Source: an uncultured Acidobacteriaceae bacterium (GTDB lineage: Bacteria; Acidobacteriota; Terriglobia; Terriglobales; Acidobacteriaceae). From it: DNA of 64,000 nt. The translations under genes and the position numbers were made by a program. The DNA lies in assembly GCA_963805955.1 (NCBI GenBank), contig CAWDVZ010000019.1, positions 49,368-113,367 of the forward strand, given 5' to 3'. Positions within the stretch are counted from its first letter, which is position 1. Each line of letters starts with the position of its first letter. Under the pieces are notes generated by a model, which worked only from the letters and a program-made list of their open reading frames with translations, was not told the DNA's origin and made no database searches. Below are positions 19,705-29,810 of the stretch, one piece after another.

Positions 19705-19926
19705 CCCTTTGTGGCCGCGCTGGACGGGTGCCCCATGTTCGCACCAGCGTACATGGGCCGAAAACGAGTTTTTCAAATGCTTTCGCTCCCGGTGTCACCA
19801 GAACTCACCCCAGCAGCACCGCTCTTCCCGATGACAGCGAGCATTGGTAGGGGCTGCGCCCCATCTTTCTCGGCCCATGTACGCGGCTGCGGACATGGGG
19901 CACCCGTCCAGCGCGGCAACAAAGGG
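19705..19926. repeat. Family C palindromic element: two inverted 56-bp arms separated by about 110 bp
   Basis: Arm 19705-19760 (CCCTTTGTGGCCGCGCTGGACGGGTGCCCCATGTTCGC...) is about 90% reverse-complementary to arm 19871-19926 by eye. Confidence 0.8.
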
Positions 19927-20013
19927 ATTGCGGTTTGTTTTCGCTAGTTCTCACATAAGCTGAGTCCGCCTGCCCCGACCTGCCGTGGGAGACTCTGAAC
20001 ACAAACTGCCAGC

Positions 20014-20715
20014 TTAGTTCGCGGGAGCCGCCGGCGCGGGCTCCTCATTCCCGTCACCATCTTCTACCAGCACCGCGGACAACCCGACCAGATCGTAGCT
20101 GACCGCCGTCGCCCCCGACGGTTGGAACGTAACCCGCAGCGGTTCGCGCTGCCACACGGCCGCGCCGCACGCTGGCGCTTGATTCTCCCCTGGGGACCAA
20201 GGCAACAATTTCTTCGCCAACACCGGCTTGCGGGCCGCGATTTGGGCCACCACGGCATACAACTGTTTGCCGCTGGCGGTCAGGCCGCAATACGCGGCAT
20301 AATCCCGGAACCAGATAACATTCGACACCGCGGGATCGTAATCCGGCATATGCAGAGCAGTGACGCTGCCTTTCACGCGATCGATCATCAGCCACGGTCC
20401 ACGCTGCCAAATCCAATGCTCGGCCTTATCCCCGGGGAGTGCATCGTTGAGCCGCAGGGCCCGGCGGACAACAAAGCTGCGATCCGTTATGGCGTGTGAT
20501 TCTCCCGTGGTCCATTCCCGCACCTTGTCATCAACCAACAGGGGACGAACGCGCAACTGCTTTTCGCTCGGCAGTGCGCCGGCCGGGTCGCCAATGACCG
20601 AGTAAGGAACATTCTTCCCCGTGCCCAGAAAAACAGTGTGAACCTTGGTCGCGGCGAGGGAAGGAGATACCGCGATCAGCCAAAGCAATAGGCAAACTGC
20701 GAAGGCGTTGCGCAT
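20014..20715 (-). CDS. Exported protein of unknown function
   Basis: Signal peptide MRNAFAVCLLLWLIAVSPSLAA. No recognisable motif. Confidence 0.5.
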   Translation of the reverse strand: MRNAFAVCLLLWLIAVSPSLAATKVHTVFLGTGKNVPYSVIGDPAGALPSEKQLRVRPLLVDDKVREWTTGESHAITDRSFVVRRALRLNDALPGDKAEHWIWQRGPWLMIDRVKGSVTALHMPDYDPAVSNVIWFRDYAAYCGLTASGKQLYAVVAQIAARKPVLAKKLLPWSPGENQAPACGAAVWQREPLRVTFQPSGATAVSYDLVGLSAVLVEDGDGNEEPAPAAPAN

Positions 20716-20801
20716 GGGGCACAGCTTAGGAGCGAGAGCGGGGAAATACAAGTTAACAAACGCTTATATTTGCCCTGCGGTATTCTCAACTCTGGAGCAA
20801 A

Positions 20802-21884
20802 ATGGTCGAAGAGGCGCTTCCAAGATTCATTGCTTTTTATCTTCCCCAGTTTTATCCCACTCCCTACAACGACGCCTGGTGGGGTAAAGGTTTCACCGAG
20901 TGGACAAACGTAGTTAAGGGCCGGCCACGCTTTCGCGGTCACTATCAACCTCATCTGCCCGCCGATCTGGGCTTCTACGATCTGCGCTTGTCAGAGACGC
21001 GAGAGGCTCAGGCGGAGCTGGCGAAGCAATTCGGTGTCTACGGCTTCTGCTACTACCACTATTGGTTTTCCGGCAAACGGATACTGGAACGTCCGCTCGA
21101 TGAAGTCCTGGCCTCTGGTAAACCGGACTTTCCTTTCTGCATCTGCTGGGCGAATGAGACCTGGAAAAAGAGTTGGATTGGCCGGGACACCGTAACTTTG
21201 CTGGAGCAGACCTTCTCCTTCGAGGACGATCTGGCCCACATTCGTCACCTCCTTCCAGTGCTGGCAGACAGTCGCTATATCCGTATCGAGGGCAGGCCGC
21301 TGCTTCTTGTGTATCGGGTCGAGTTGCTGCCGGAGCCCCGAAAGACCGCGGAAATCTGGAGGAACGAGGCCATCAAGGCTGGTTTAGGCGACCTCTTCCT
21401 GGTCAACGTGCAAAGTACCTATCTCCCCCAGGGAACAAGCCCGGACACCGTAGGCTTTGACGCGGCGGTGCGCTTTGAGCCCAGGGCACAACCCGCGGCC
21501 CCGGCGATCGTTCGTGCCTGGAGAACTATCAAGTCGCCCATTCACAACGATCGCTTCACCCATTACGAGCAGCTCTATCGCCACTGGAGAGACGCTCCGC
21601 AGCCCCTCTATCGTCACTTCGAATGCGTAACGCCGATGTGGGACAACACCGCTCGCCGGCCAAGAAGAGCGGGAATCGTTCACGGTTCTACCCCGGAGCT
21701 ATATGAGCGCTGGCTGGCCCACGCGGTCGAGCGTTCGACTCCCGACCGCGACCATCAACGATGGGTTTTTATCAACGCCTGGAATGAATGGGGTGAGGGA
21801 TGTCATCTGGAGCCCGACCAAAAATGGGGCACGGCTTATCTTGAAGCTACTCAGCGCGTGTATCAGCAGACCGCTGCAGAGTGA
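20802..21884 (+). CDS. WbsX-family glycosyltransferase / glycoside-hydrolase-like LPS biosynthesis protein
   Basis: N-terminal FYLPQFYPTPYNDAWWGKGFTEWTNV and FCYYHYWF motifs, characteristic of the WbsX family. Confidence 0.8.
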   Translation: MVEEALPRFIAFYLPQFYPTPYNDAWWGKGFTEWTNVVKGRPRFRGHYQPHLPADLGFYDLRLSETREAQAELAKQFGVYGFCYYHYWFSGKRILERPLDEVLASGKPDFPFCICWANETWKKSWIGRDTVTLLEQTFSFEDDLAHIRHLLPVLADSRYIRIEGRPLLLVYRVELLPEPRKTAEIWRNEAIKAGLGDLFLVNVQSTYLPQGTSPDTVGFDAAVRFEPRAQPAAPAIVRAWRTIKSPIHNDRFTHYEQLYRHWRDAPQPLYRHFECVTPMWDNTARRPRRAGIVHGSTPELYERWLAHAVERSTPDRDHQRWVFINAWNEWGEGCHLEPDQKWGTAYLEATQRVYQQTAAE

Positions 21885-22659
21885 CCACGAAGCTATCTTC
21901 TTCAATGATTCTGAAACCGGCATCTGTCAGTGCGCGTAGCAGCGACTGATTCTTGTCCTCGCCGATCAGCCGGGCATGTGTTTCCATGATGATGACGTCG
22001 GCCTTTTTCAGCACTTCGATTTCCTGGCAGACCAGATCGTATTCTTTTCCCTCGATGTCACACACCAGGGAAAACTTCTCAAACCCATGCTCTGTCGCCA
22101 GCCTGCCCAGCTGAACTGCTTCCACGGTGACCGCCTGCTCCGTTCCATACAATTGCGTGCCGTCCGACTCAATGGAATTGGAAGCCAGATCCACCGTTGG
22201 ACAAAACGTGACTGCATCGACGCCATAGGCGATAGCGCGGTTCACGATCTCAAATGCGCAGTGGTTTGACTCCTTGTTCAACTGCAACTGGGGAATGGCG
22301 AGCGGATTTGCCTCCACCACCACGTGGGCCGTGGGGTTAGCGAGAAGTTTGTTGGTGATGCAAGCCACCACTCCCAAAGCTCCACCCAACTCGATGACTG
22401 GTAGATCCCGGCGTAGGTGCTTTTTGACCGCGCGACGCTCCGGCGCTTCATACTGGCCGTCCAGAAGGAAGAGTTTGGTGAGCGAGTCGGGGATAGTCTG
22501 CAGGCTGAAGTTGCATCCGTCCAACTCCGCACTCTTCTTATGAGCCATCGCCTTTAACCGAAACCGGAGCCACAGGCTATTGTGGATCTCTCGGATAACC
22601 GCCTGAGGTCCTTCGGTTTCGAGCAGGTGCTTCGTCTTGGCCAGTCTTCGTGTCAGCAT
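21847..22659 (-). CDS. FkbM-family methyltransferase
   Basis: VIELGGALGV SAM motif and CDIEGKEYDL motif. The ATG at 22659 lies 1 nt after the stop of the upstream GT2. Confidence 0.7.
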   Translation of the reverse strand: MLTRRLAKTKHLLETEGPQAVIREIHNSLWLRFRLKAMAHKKSAELDGCNFSLQTIPDSLTKLFLLDGQYEAPERRAVKKHLRRDLPVIELGGALGVVACITNKLLANPTAHVVVEANPLAIPQLQLNKESNHCAFEIVNRAIAYGVDAVTFCPTVDLASNSIESDGTQLYGTEQAVTVEAVQLGRLATEHGFEKFSLVCDIEGKEYDLVCQEIEVLKKADVIIMETHARLIGEDKNQSLLRALTDAGFRIIEEDSFVVTLQRSADTRAE

Positions 22660-22660
22660 T

Positions 22661-23570
22661 TCACAATCCCTTTTGAGTGTACCGGCTGGAGTCCGGGGCA
22701 TTGAAGAGCAGTGCTTGCCGCGCCGTCTCTTTCCAGACCCGCTTATCCTGCAAATCGGCCCGCAGCCGCCGGACGGACCGCAACAGCCATAACCGATAGA
22801 GCAGCCGGTCGGTGAAGGTGCCTGTTCGTTTGACGAAGAGCGACTGGGCCCGGAGAACATTGCGAAAGCGCCATATCGGACGAGCATTCAAATTGCTTTC
22901 CGCGAGATCATGTTGCAACACCGCCTGTAGCACATACACTCGGCGGCCGCTGGCCCAAAGAGCATGGAAAATGGCGTGATCCAGATAGTCCAGCCAGAAC
23001 TCCTCGGGAAAACCGCCGATGGATCGCAGCACGGGCACGCTCAGGGTGGAACCGGAATTGTAGGCACTCACCCGGCCCTGCTGTATACCGGCAGCTTGGC
23101 CTAGCGTTTGCACGTAATTTCGGAATTGATGGCGGAGGAAATCGAGAAAGTGTTCCGCGGGTGAGAGAATCTTTCCCCGCACCATCAGCTTAGGGACAAT
23201 CGCTGCTACGTTGTCCTCCGTCCGCAAAGCATTTGCGCAGGCAATCAACTCGGCGAGGAATTCGCGGGTGAGGGTTGTGTCCTGATCCAGCAGCAGCAGC
23301 CATTCACAGCCGGTGTCCTCGGCGAGTGAAAGGGCATAGTTGTAAGCTGCGGCCAAACCTCCGTTTGCCGGATCATGCACATAGCGAAAGGGGAAAGTGC
23401 TCTGCTATCTGGTGCCTTTCGGCGGAGTTGTCATAGACAACCAGCGAGAAGTGGCTAGCCATCGCAGGATCGCCGTCAAGAATTGCGCGCAAGGAAGATA
23501 GGGCGTTGCTTTCGCCCGGGCGTTGTTGATAAAGAGCGGCAACCGCTAAGATCCGGCATCCTGAGTTCAC
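22661..23570 (-). CDS. Family 2 glycosyltransferase (paralog of 7657-8604), with one frameshift as sequenced
   Basis: Split into 23373-23570 and 22661-23380. Removing one base from the run at 23390-23393 gives ..EHFPFRYVHDPANGGLAAAYNYA..WLLLLDQDTT. Confidence 0.8.
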
Positions 23571-23583
23571 GGGGAAGGCACAG

Positions 23584-25120
23584 TCAGGTTTGCTGCACCC
23601 GCCAGTATACCAGCCGCGATGCTGCGCTCATCAGCTCTTGCCGATCGTCCGCCGTCAAGCCAACTCGCCACGCGATGGCCAACGTGAGGACTGCCGATAT
23701 CGCCAGCAATGCAGGATTTGCCGGGAGCATATTGAGTTGCTTCCAAAAAGGAAAGAAGAGAAGGGAAGGCGTGAGGCACAAAAGTGGGCGTGACCAGCGC
23801 CCGTAATACGAAATGCGACCGTCGTATGAGGATGGTTGACTGGGTGAAATGCATGCTTATGGAAATGTGCATTCCCAGGCTGACAAAAGCTCCTACGAGC
23901 GTTCCCAGAGCCACGCCAATCGCCCCTATTCGTTGCACCAGCACCACACTCACAATCACATTTACCACTGCTTCCGTGATAGCAGCGATGGTGGCCAGGT
24001 GCTGTCTTCCCGTGGCCACCACCACCAGGGCGTACGGATAGGTCAGCTGCCGGATAACATTGCCCAGCACCAGGACCTCCAGATACAACGCGCTGCGGGC
24101 TGCATAGTTGTGCCCCACCCAGAGCGAGAGCAGAGGGTAAGCTCCAAACACTAGCGGCAATCCCATCAGGCAAAGCAGCAGGGTGCAATAGCGCGTCGCC
24201 CGGGACAGCAGGCCACCAATGCGGTCCGGCGTGGAGCCGGCCTGAAGGGAAGACACCGCGGGCAGCAGAGGGCCAAAGATACTGCCGATGATCGTGATCA
24301 TGAAATTAGTCACGCTGCTCGCGATGGCGTAAAAGCCGGTGTTCTTGTAGTCGTAGTGGCCGACGATCAGGATATCCAGCCCGCTGACCATAAGCCCTGC
24401 GACCATCCAGAGGGAGAGTACGCCGGCGTATCTCACCAGGCGCACCGCGGTCGCGCGATGGAAAAATGCGAATGAAAAATCGACCCGCTCCTTCACGTAC
24501 TTTCTCCAGCCGAGAAATTGCATCGCGGCTGTGACTACGTTGAAGCCGGCCATCACCAGGGCCAGTTCCACCAGGGTGCCGTGCACCAGCAAAAGCACGA
24601 CCAGCGTTGCTGCGGAGAGAACCCGGCTCAGCACGGCCAAGATAGTAGGGAACCAATATTCCTGCAAGCCCGTGAAGGCAGCCATAAAGGCCCCAAACGG
24701 CAGGGCAAACGCAACCGATAGTCCGACTGCCAAAAGACCCTCGCGCACACTGCTTACCAGGTCGCGTGGCATTTGGTGAAATAGTTGCGGCACGCGCCAG
24801 GTCAGCAACGCGATGACCACCGCCCCCACCAACGCGGTCATAGCAAGAAGAACGAAGGACGTACTCAAAACCCGGCTGCTGGTTTCGCGGTCGCCGAGCG
24901 CATGGTGCTCGGCAACGAACTTGCCTACACCCGTCTGCAAGCCGAGATCAAGCAAATTGACATACGCGCTCATTTGCATGATCAAGACCCACGCGCTGTA
25001 CTCAGCCGTAGACATGCGATGCACAAGAAAAGGAGGCACCACTAACGAGACCAGCAGCGACATGATCAGGCGCAACAAGTTGGAAGCTGAGCCCTGCAGT
25101 ATTTTGCGCTTATGCGACAT
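23584..25120 (-). CDS. Wzx-type oligosaccharide flippase (MOP superfamily), with a probable frameshift near the 3' end
   Basis: About 12-14 TM segments. The hydrophobic tail continues in the frame of ORF 23584-23781 if the A4 run at 23780-23783 is shortened by one. As sequenced, the ORF runs to 23567. Confidence 0.7.
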
Positions 25121-25145
25121 TTACCGCTTTCACAGTTACCGTTAT

Positions 25146-26099
25146 TCAACCGCTCGCCGGAACCAGTCCAGCCTGTTTTTTGAGGCGGCTTTCGAGGCCA
25201 ACTTCAAAATGAGAATAAAGAACAAATTCCATGAACGGATTAGGGCATACACCCTTACTGATCACATCCACTGTGCTGGTTAAAAACTCCAGCAAGCGCG
25301 GGCTTCGAGCCACGGCCTGGATAAGAGCGTGCCGCCGCCCCCCGGGATGTAACGGTCTTTGCTCCGGCCACAAATCATAGAACAGGCCAAAGGAGTAGCC
25401 GACACGGACCATCCGCCTGCAGGCCTGAAGAAACGTGGTGGGGTGAAGATGATCCGCTACCGCATCCGGTAGAAACCTGATCTCCAGCCCAAAGCGCTTC
25501 GTGATGCGGTAACCCAGTTCCGCGTCCTCCATGGCGGCATAAGGAAATTCTTCGTTGAAGGTAAACCGTCGCAGCAGCTCAGTCTTGAGCGAGAGATTGC
25601 TGGAATAAAAATTTCCCCAGTCCGGCTTCGCACCGGCCAGAAGCTTGGGATAAGAGAACTGCACATTGGCCTCATCGAGCCAGCGCATAAATGGAGTCAC
25701 TTCCTGTCCGAAAGTGCTCCACCGTATGAGGCCAAGTCCGGCAACTTTGATGTCAGGATTCTCCTGGTGTAATTGCATGTGTTGTTGCACCAGCGTGGGC
25801 GATGGAAATACATCGTCGCCCAGTAGCAGGCAGACCGGCGTAGTCAGCATCGCGATGCCCCGGTTGCGCGCCTTTGCCGGCCCGCTGTTGTTCTGGCGAA
25901 CATAGCGGATGCATAGTGGCGTCCTCGCCTGGTAACTCTCCATCTCCTGTGGCGTGCTATCGGTGCTCCCATCGTCGACGATGACAACTTCGAAATCCTT
26001 GAATGTTTGTCTCTCCAAATGGGAAAGGCTTTCCAGCAGCGCAGCGCAACGATTGTGGGTGGGGATGACAAGGCCCAGCTGTTTCGTCGACATAGCCAC
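25146..26099 (-). CDS. Family 2 glycosyltransferase
   Basis: LVIPTHNR...VVIVDDGSTDST...LLGDD motifs. Confidence 0.85.
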   Translation of the reverse strand: MAMSTKQLGLVIPTHNRCAALLESLSHLERQTFKDFEVVIVDDGSTDSTPQEMESYQARTPLCIRYVRQNNSGPAKARNRGIAMLTTPVCLLLGDDVFPSPTLVQQHMQLHQENPDIKVAGLGLIRWSTFGQEVTPFMRWLDEANVQFSYPKLLAGAKPDWGNFYSSNLSLKTELLRRFTFNEEFPYAAMEDAELGYRITKRFGLEIRFLPDAVADHLHPTTFLQACRRMVRVGYSFGLFYDLWPEQRPLHPGGRRHALIQAVARSPRLLEFLTSTVDVISKGVCPNPFMEFVLYSHFEVGLESRLKKQAGLVPASG

Positions 26100-26260
26100 T
26101 CGCTTCCCTTCTGCTTCGCGGGCGCATAGTAGAATTCCGGTAGCGGAAAGGTCGTTCTACTTGTCAGGCAAGCCTGCTACAAGCAGTCGCGAGCCGATTG
26201 GCTCCGTTTGGAAGCGACTCGCTTTCTCTGGTTCACAAATTCTAGCTCAAATGGTGCGGG

Positions 26261-26938
26261 ATGCTAAACTGGGCGGCAAGATATTATCCGATCGTGCGAA
26301 TACTTAAGAAGCACGGTCTGTTCCACGATGCATCGCTGCTCGAGATTGGTTCAGGACCCATTGGCATCGGCCGTTTCCGCCCAGTCCCGTTCGTAGGATG
26401 TGATCTCTTCTTCCCCTTCGCGCCCGCGTGGCCCATGACCGCCATCACTGCATCCGCGACCCAGCTGCCGATGAAGGACAAGGAGTTCGATGTGGTGCTG
26501 GCATCCGACATGTTGGAGCACGTGCCGCCCGATTTACGAGAGACAGTGATTGGCGAGTGCCTCCGGGTAGCGAAAAAGCTCGTGATCTTTGGATTTCCCT
26601 GTGGTCCGCTCGCATGGGAATCAGACCGGGCACTGTTTCAGTATTACCTCGATGCCAAATTGTCGCCGCCTGAGTGGCTCGCCGAACACATGGAGGCGCC
26701 CTTCCCGGACACCGACTCCATACGGGCCGTCGATGGATGGGACCTCGAGCGCATCGGCAATGAGAGCATCCGCTTTCATACCTGGATGATGCGAAAAGAA
26801 ATGTCGATCAGATTCATTCACGCCTCTTCGCAAGCTTTGCGCTTTGTGCCTTTTCTGGTCGAAGCTTTCTTGCGCATGGCGGATCGTTCCCCCTTTTATA
26901 GGCAGATCTTCGTCTTATCCAGACGCAACCAGAATTGA
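26261..26938 (+). CDS. Class I SAM-dependent methyltransferase
   Basis: LEIGSGPIGIG (motif I) and DVVLASDMLEHV (Methyltransf_11-like). Confidence 0.75.
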   Translation: MLNWAARYYPIVRILKKHGLFHDASLLEIGSGPIGIGRFRPVPFVGCDLFFPFAPAWPMTAITASATQLPMKDKEFDVVLASDMLEHVPPDLRETVIGECLRVAKKLVIFGFPCGPLAWESDRALFQYYLDAKLSPPEWLAEHMEAPFPDTDSIRAVDGWDLERIGNESIRFHTWMMRKEMSIRFIHASSQALRFVPFLVEAFLRMADRSPFYRQIFVLSRRNQN

Positions 26939-28266
26939 ACGTGCATATAGCGCAAATCAATCGACCGGGCAGCCGGCTCCGCAAGCTGCTCACCTTACTC
27001 ACGAGCTTCTTCCTCGGTCAGGCAGCGTTGCAGGCAGTCAGCCTGCTCATCGGATTGTTTCTCGTCCGCTCTCTCAGCGTAACCGCCTATGCTCAGTTCG
27101 GCCTCGCTCTTGGTTTCCAGGCCACCGCCTCCATCCTGATGGACCTGGGCTTCGCCAGCACAATCATTCCTTTGGTAGGCGAGCGCACCGCCGATCGCGC
27201 CCTGGTCGGCAAGTACGTACGAGGAGCAAAATCTCTCCGGGACCGTTCCTTCCTGATCTTTTCTCCGGTCGTTGCGGTGATCTTTCTCGTCATCACCCAT
27301 AAGCAGAGGTGGGGTTGGCCCATCCAAATTGGACTGCTGGCATCGGTGTTGCTCGCGCTCTATTCCAGCAGCGCAGCTTCTTACTACTCAGTACCGCTAT
27401 TCCTCTACCGGCGCCTGCGCGATTTCTATGTTCTGCAAACCGTCTCCGGCGCTGGCCGGCTCTTGGTCTACGTAGTCCTCAATGCCATCAGCTCACTCAA
27501 CTCAGTCACCGCAGCCGGTTTCAGCGCTCTGAACGCCACCCTCAATGGATATTTGCTCAAGAGAAAAGGCGGCACCTCGATCGAGTGGCCGGAACAGGAC
27601 GATCCGGCGATTCGCAAAGAGATCATCCAGTACATCCTGCCGGCGTTGCCGGCAATTCTTCTGGGGGCGTTTCACGGCCAGATCGCGCTCTTTCTCATTA
27701 GCATTTTTGGCAGTACGATCAACATCGCTCAAGTAGCAGCGCTGGGCCGCCTGGGACAAATCTTCTATCTCCTCATGACGTTCAACGTTGTCCTGGTTGA
27801 GCCCTACGTTGCGAAACTGCCGAGACCGCGGCTGCTCTTTACGTATTTACGGCTTATCGCCGCCGCCTGCCTGGGCGCGGCGGTGCTCGTTACGCTCACC
27901 TTCGTCTTTCCGGAGATCTTCCTTTGGGTGATTGGCCCCAAGTACGAGCAACTGAGAGGCTTGATCGGCTGGGTCGTCCTCACTGCCTGCATTAACTACG
28001 TAGCAGGCTTGATCTGGATTATGAATCGTTCCAGGAAGTGGCTTTTCTGGAGAGGATCAATCGCCGAAATCAGCTTATTGGCCGTGGTGCAAATCGGTTA
28101 TCTCCTGATCGTTGGAGTGCGCAGCACACGGAGCGCGGTCATGTTCAACTTCGCCTCCAGTTTCTGTTATGTAATCGCCCACTCCTACGTAGCCATTCAC
28201 GGCTTCACCAAAGGAACACGGGGCGAGGCGCTCGATCGGGTTCGGTCGCAAATTTCTACCCCGTGA
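26935..28266 (+). CDS. Second flippase-like polytopic membrane protein (polysaccharide biosynthesis protein family)
   Basis: About 12 TM segments and an N-terminal region resembling Wzx/MOP proteins. Its start overlaps the upstream stop. Confidence 0.55.
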   Translation: MNVHIAQINRPGSRLRKLLTLLTSFFLGQAALQAVSLLIGLFLVRSLSVTAYAQFGLALGFQATASILMDLGFASTIIPLVGERTADRALVGKYVRGAKSLRDRSFLIFSPVVAVIFLVITHKQRWGWPIQIGLLASVLLALYSSSAASYYSVPLFLYRRLRDFYVLQTVSGAGRLLVYVVLNAISSLNSVTAAGFSALNATLNGYLLKRKGGTSIEWPEQDDPAIRKEIIQYILPALPAILLGAFHGQIALFLISIFGSTINIAQVAALGRLGQIFYLLMTFNVVLVEPYVAKLPRPRLLFTYLRLIAAACLGAAVLVTLTFVFPEIFLWVIGPKYEQLRGLIGWVVLTACINYVAGLIWIMNRSRKWLFWRGSIAEISLLAVVQIGYLLIVGVRSTRSAVMFNFASSFCYVIAHSYVAIHGFTKGTRGEALDRVRSQISTP

Positions 28267-28361
28267 CATCAAGGAGTCAAACAGTTCTTGAGAACCGCCC
28301 GCTCTGGTAGGCATAATGACCCCACAACACTGCGCCTTCGCCCGGACCCAGCAGTCAAATC

Positions 28362-29810
28362 ATGGCTCACATGCGCCTATTGATCGGTACTATGCTCGCG
28401 ATGGGACTTGGATTCAGCGTGGCCGGTTGCGGCTTCAGCCTGGCTCCCCTGCCGGCAGGCTCCATCGCCGGAAGAGCCGGGATCTATGATTACTCTCCAT
28501 CCGTTATCCAATCCGGCAATCTGCAGCAATCCTGGTGGTGTGGCGGGGCCTACAATCCACCTGGGACCACGTACTTCTCCGACACCATCCAGTATCAGTC
28601 GATCAATATGTCGACGGGCGTGCAGGATGGCCCGATGACCGTGCTGGGCGAAACCCCGGGCGCATGGGATTCCGTTTTCACCTGCAATCCAAAGGTCGTT
28701 GGGGGCTTTTTCGCCGATCCGCTGAACACTGGCGAGAGCTTTACCTACGCCATGTATTACGTCGGCCTCGGCTCCGACCCTGAAAGCAACAACTACATCG
28801 GGGTTGCCTTCTCCAACGATGGCATGTCCTGGAAGAAATTCCCCTACCCGGTCATCTCCCCGGAGACATCAAAGGGCTACGGCGTGGGCCAGCCGGCCGC
28901 CTTCAACAGCAATCATCAGGGAGCGATCCTGCTCTTCTACGAGGACGACAGCTTGTACCCTCGCCATGTGGAAGCGAAGTCGAGCGATGGAGTGCACTTT
29001 GTCACCGTAGGTACGCTCACGACAAACGGCCTTGATGCCAGCAACCAGTCCTGGGGTGACATCGCCTATGACCCCGCCAACGGTTACTGGTACGCCGGCT
29101 TTAATACTCCTACCCGCGATCCATCGACCACGGGCGGGGTAATGGAGCGGGGCTCCTGGGGCGTTGAGCTATTCCGGATCTGCGATGCCTCCCTTTTAAC
29201 CGGAGCCACCCCCTGGGAACTGCTGGCAATTGTCGACACCAACCTCAATGGCTATGAAGCCAATTTCCTCCCTGGGTTGGCGCGCGACATGTATGGCAAC
29301 TTGGTCTCCGGTCCCGCGATCCAGATGTACACCTCGATATCAAATCCTCCACCGCGCTGGAATGCAACTCCCGAAGCCGCGGGAAATTCCGGGGATATTT
29401 CCAACTGGAACATTGCTTCGGCTACCTGGACGCCGGGTCATCCATTAACCGCGCTCAACCGATATTTCAACCAGACCGTGCACGAGGTGACGACAGGATG
29501 GGTCGATCCTAAGGGCGGCTTTTCTTTGCAATCCACGCTGGGACATCTCTACCAAAGTCCGCAACAGGGTGCGACCGTTCCGTTCTATGGCTGCAAGAAT
29601 GGCTCCACGGATTATTTTGTGTCCCTTGATGGTCTCTGCGAAGGTGCTCGCATCCTGGGCACGAATGGCTACGGCTACTCGCGGCCAGTCGCGGGTCTTA
29701 ACCTGGTCGCTCTGTATCGCTGCAGCACTGGCCACGATCATTTCGTGAGTAAAGATCCCGAGTGCGAAGGCCAATCGACCCAGGAGCTTCTTGGCTATGT
29801 CCTCCCCTGA
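28362..29810 (+). CDS. Lipoprotein with a 5-bladed-propeller-like glycoside hydrolase-type domain and two C-terminal Cys-containing repeats
   Basis: Lipobox FSVAGC. GH43/62-like strings (YDYSPSVI, FTCNPKVV, IGVAFSNDGMSWKK). C-terminal repeats YGCKNGSTDYFVSLDGLCEG and YRCSTGHDHFVSKDPECEG. Confidence 0.55.
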   Translation: MAHMRLLIGTMLAMGLGFSVAGCGFSLAPLPAGSIAGRAGIYDYSPSVIQSGNLQQSWWCGGAYNPPGTTYFSDTIQYQSINMSTGVQDGPMTVLGETPGAWDSVFTCNPKVVGGFFADPLNTGESFTYAMYYVGLGSDPESNNYIGVAFSNDGMSWKKFPYPVISPETSKGYGVGQPAAFNSNHQGAILLFYEDDSLYPRHVEAKSSDGVHFVTVGTLTTNGLDASNQSWGDIAYDPANGYWYAGFNTPTRDPSTTGGVMERGSWGVELFRICDASLLTGATPWELLAIVDTNLNGYEANFLPGLARDMYGNLVSGPAIQMYTSISNPPPRWNATPEAAGNSGDISNWNIASATWTPGHPLTALNRYFNQTVHEVTTGWVDPKGGFSLQSTLGHLYQSPQQGATVPFYGCKNGSTDYFVSLDGLCEGARILGTNGYGYSRPVAGLNLVALYRCSTGHDHFVSKDPECEGQSTQELLGYVLP

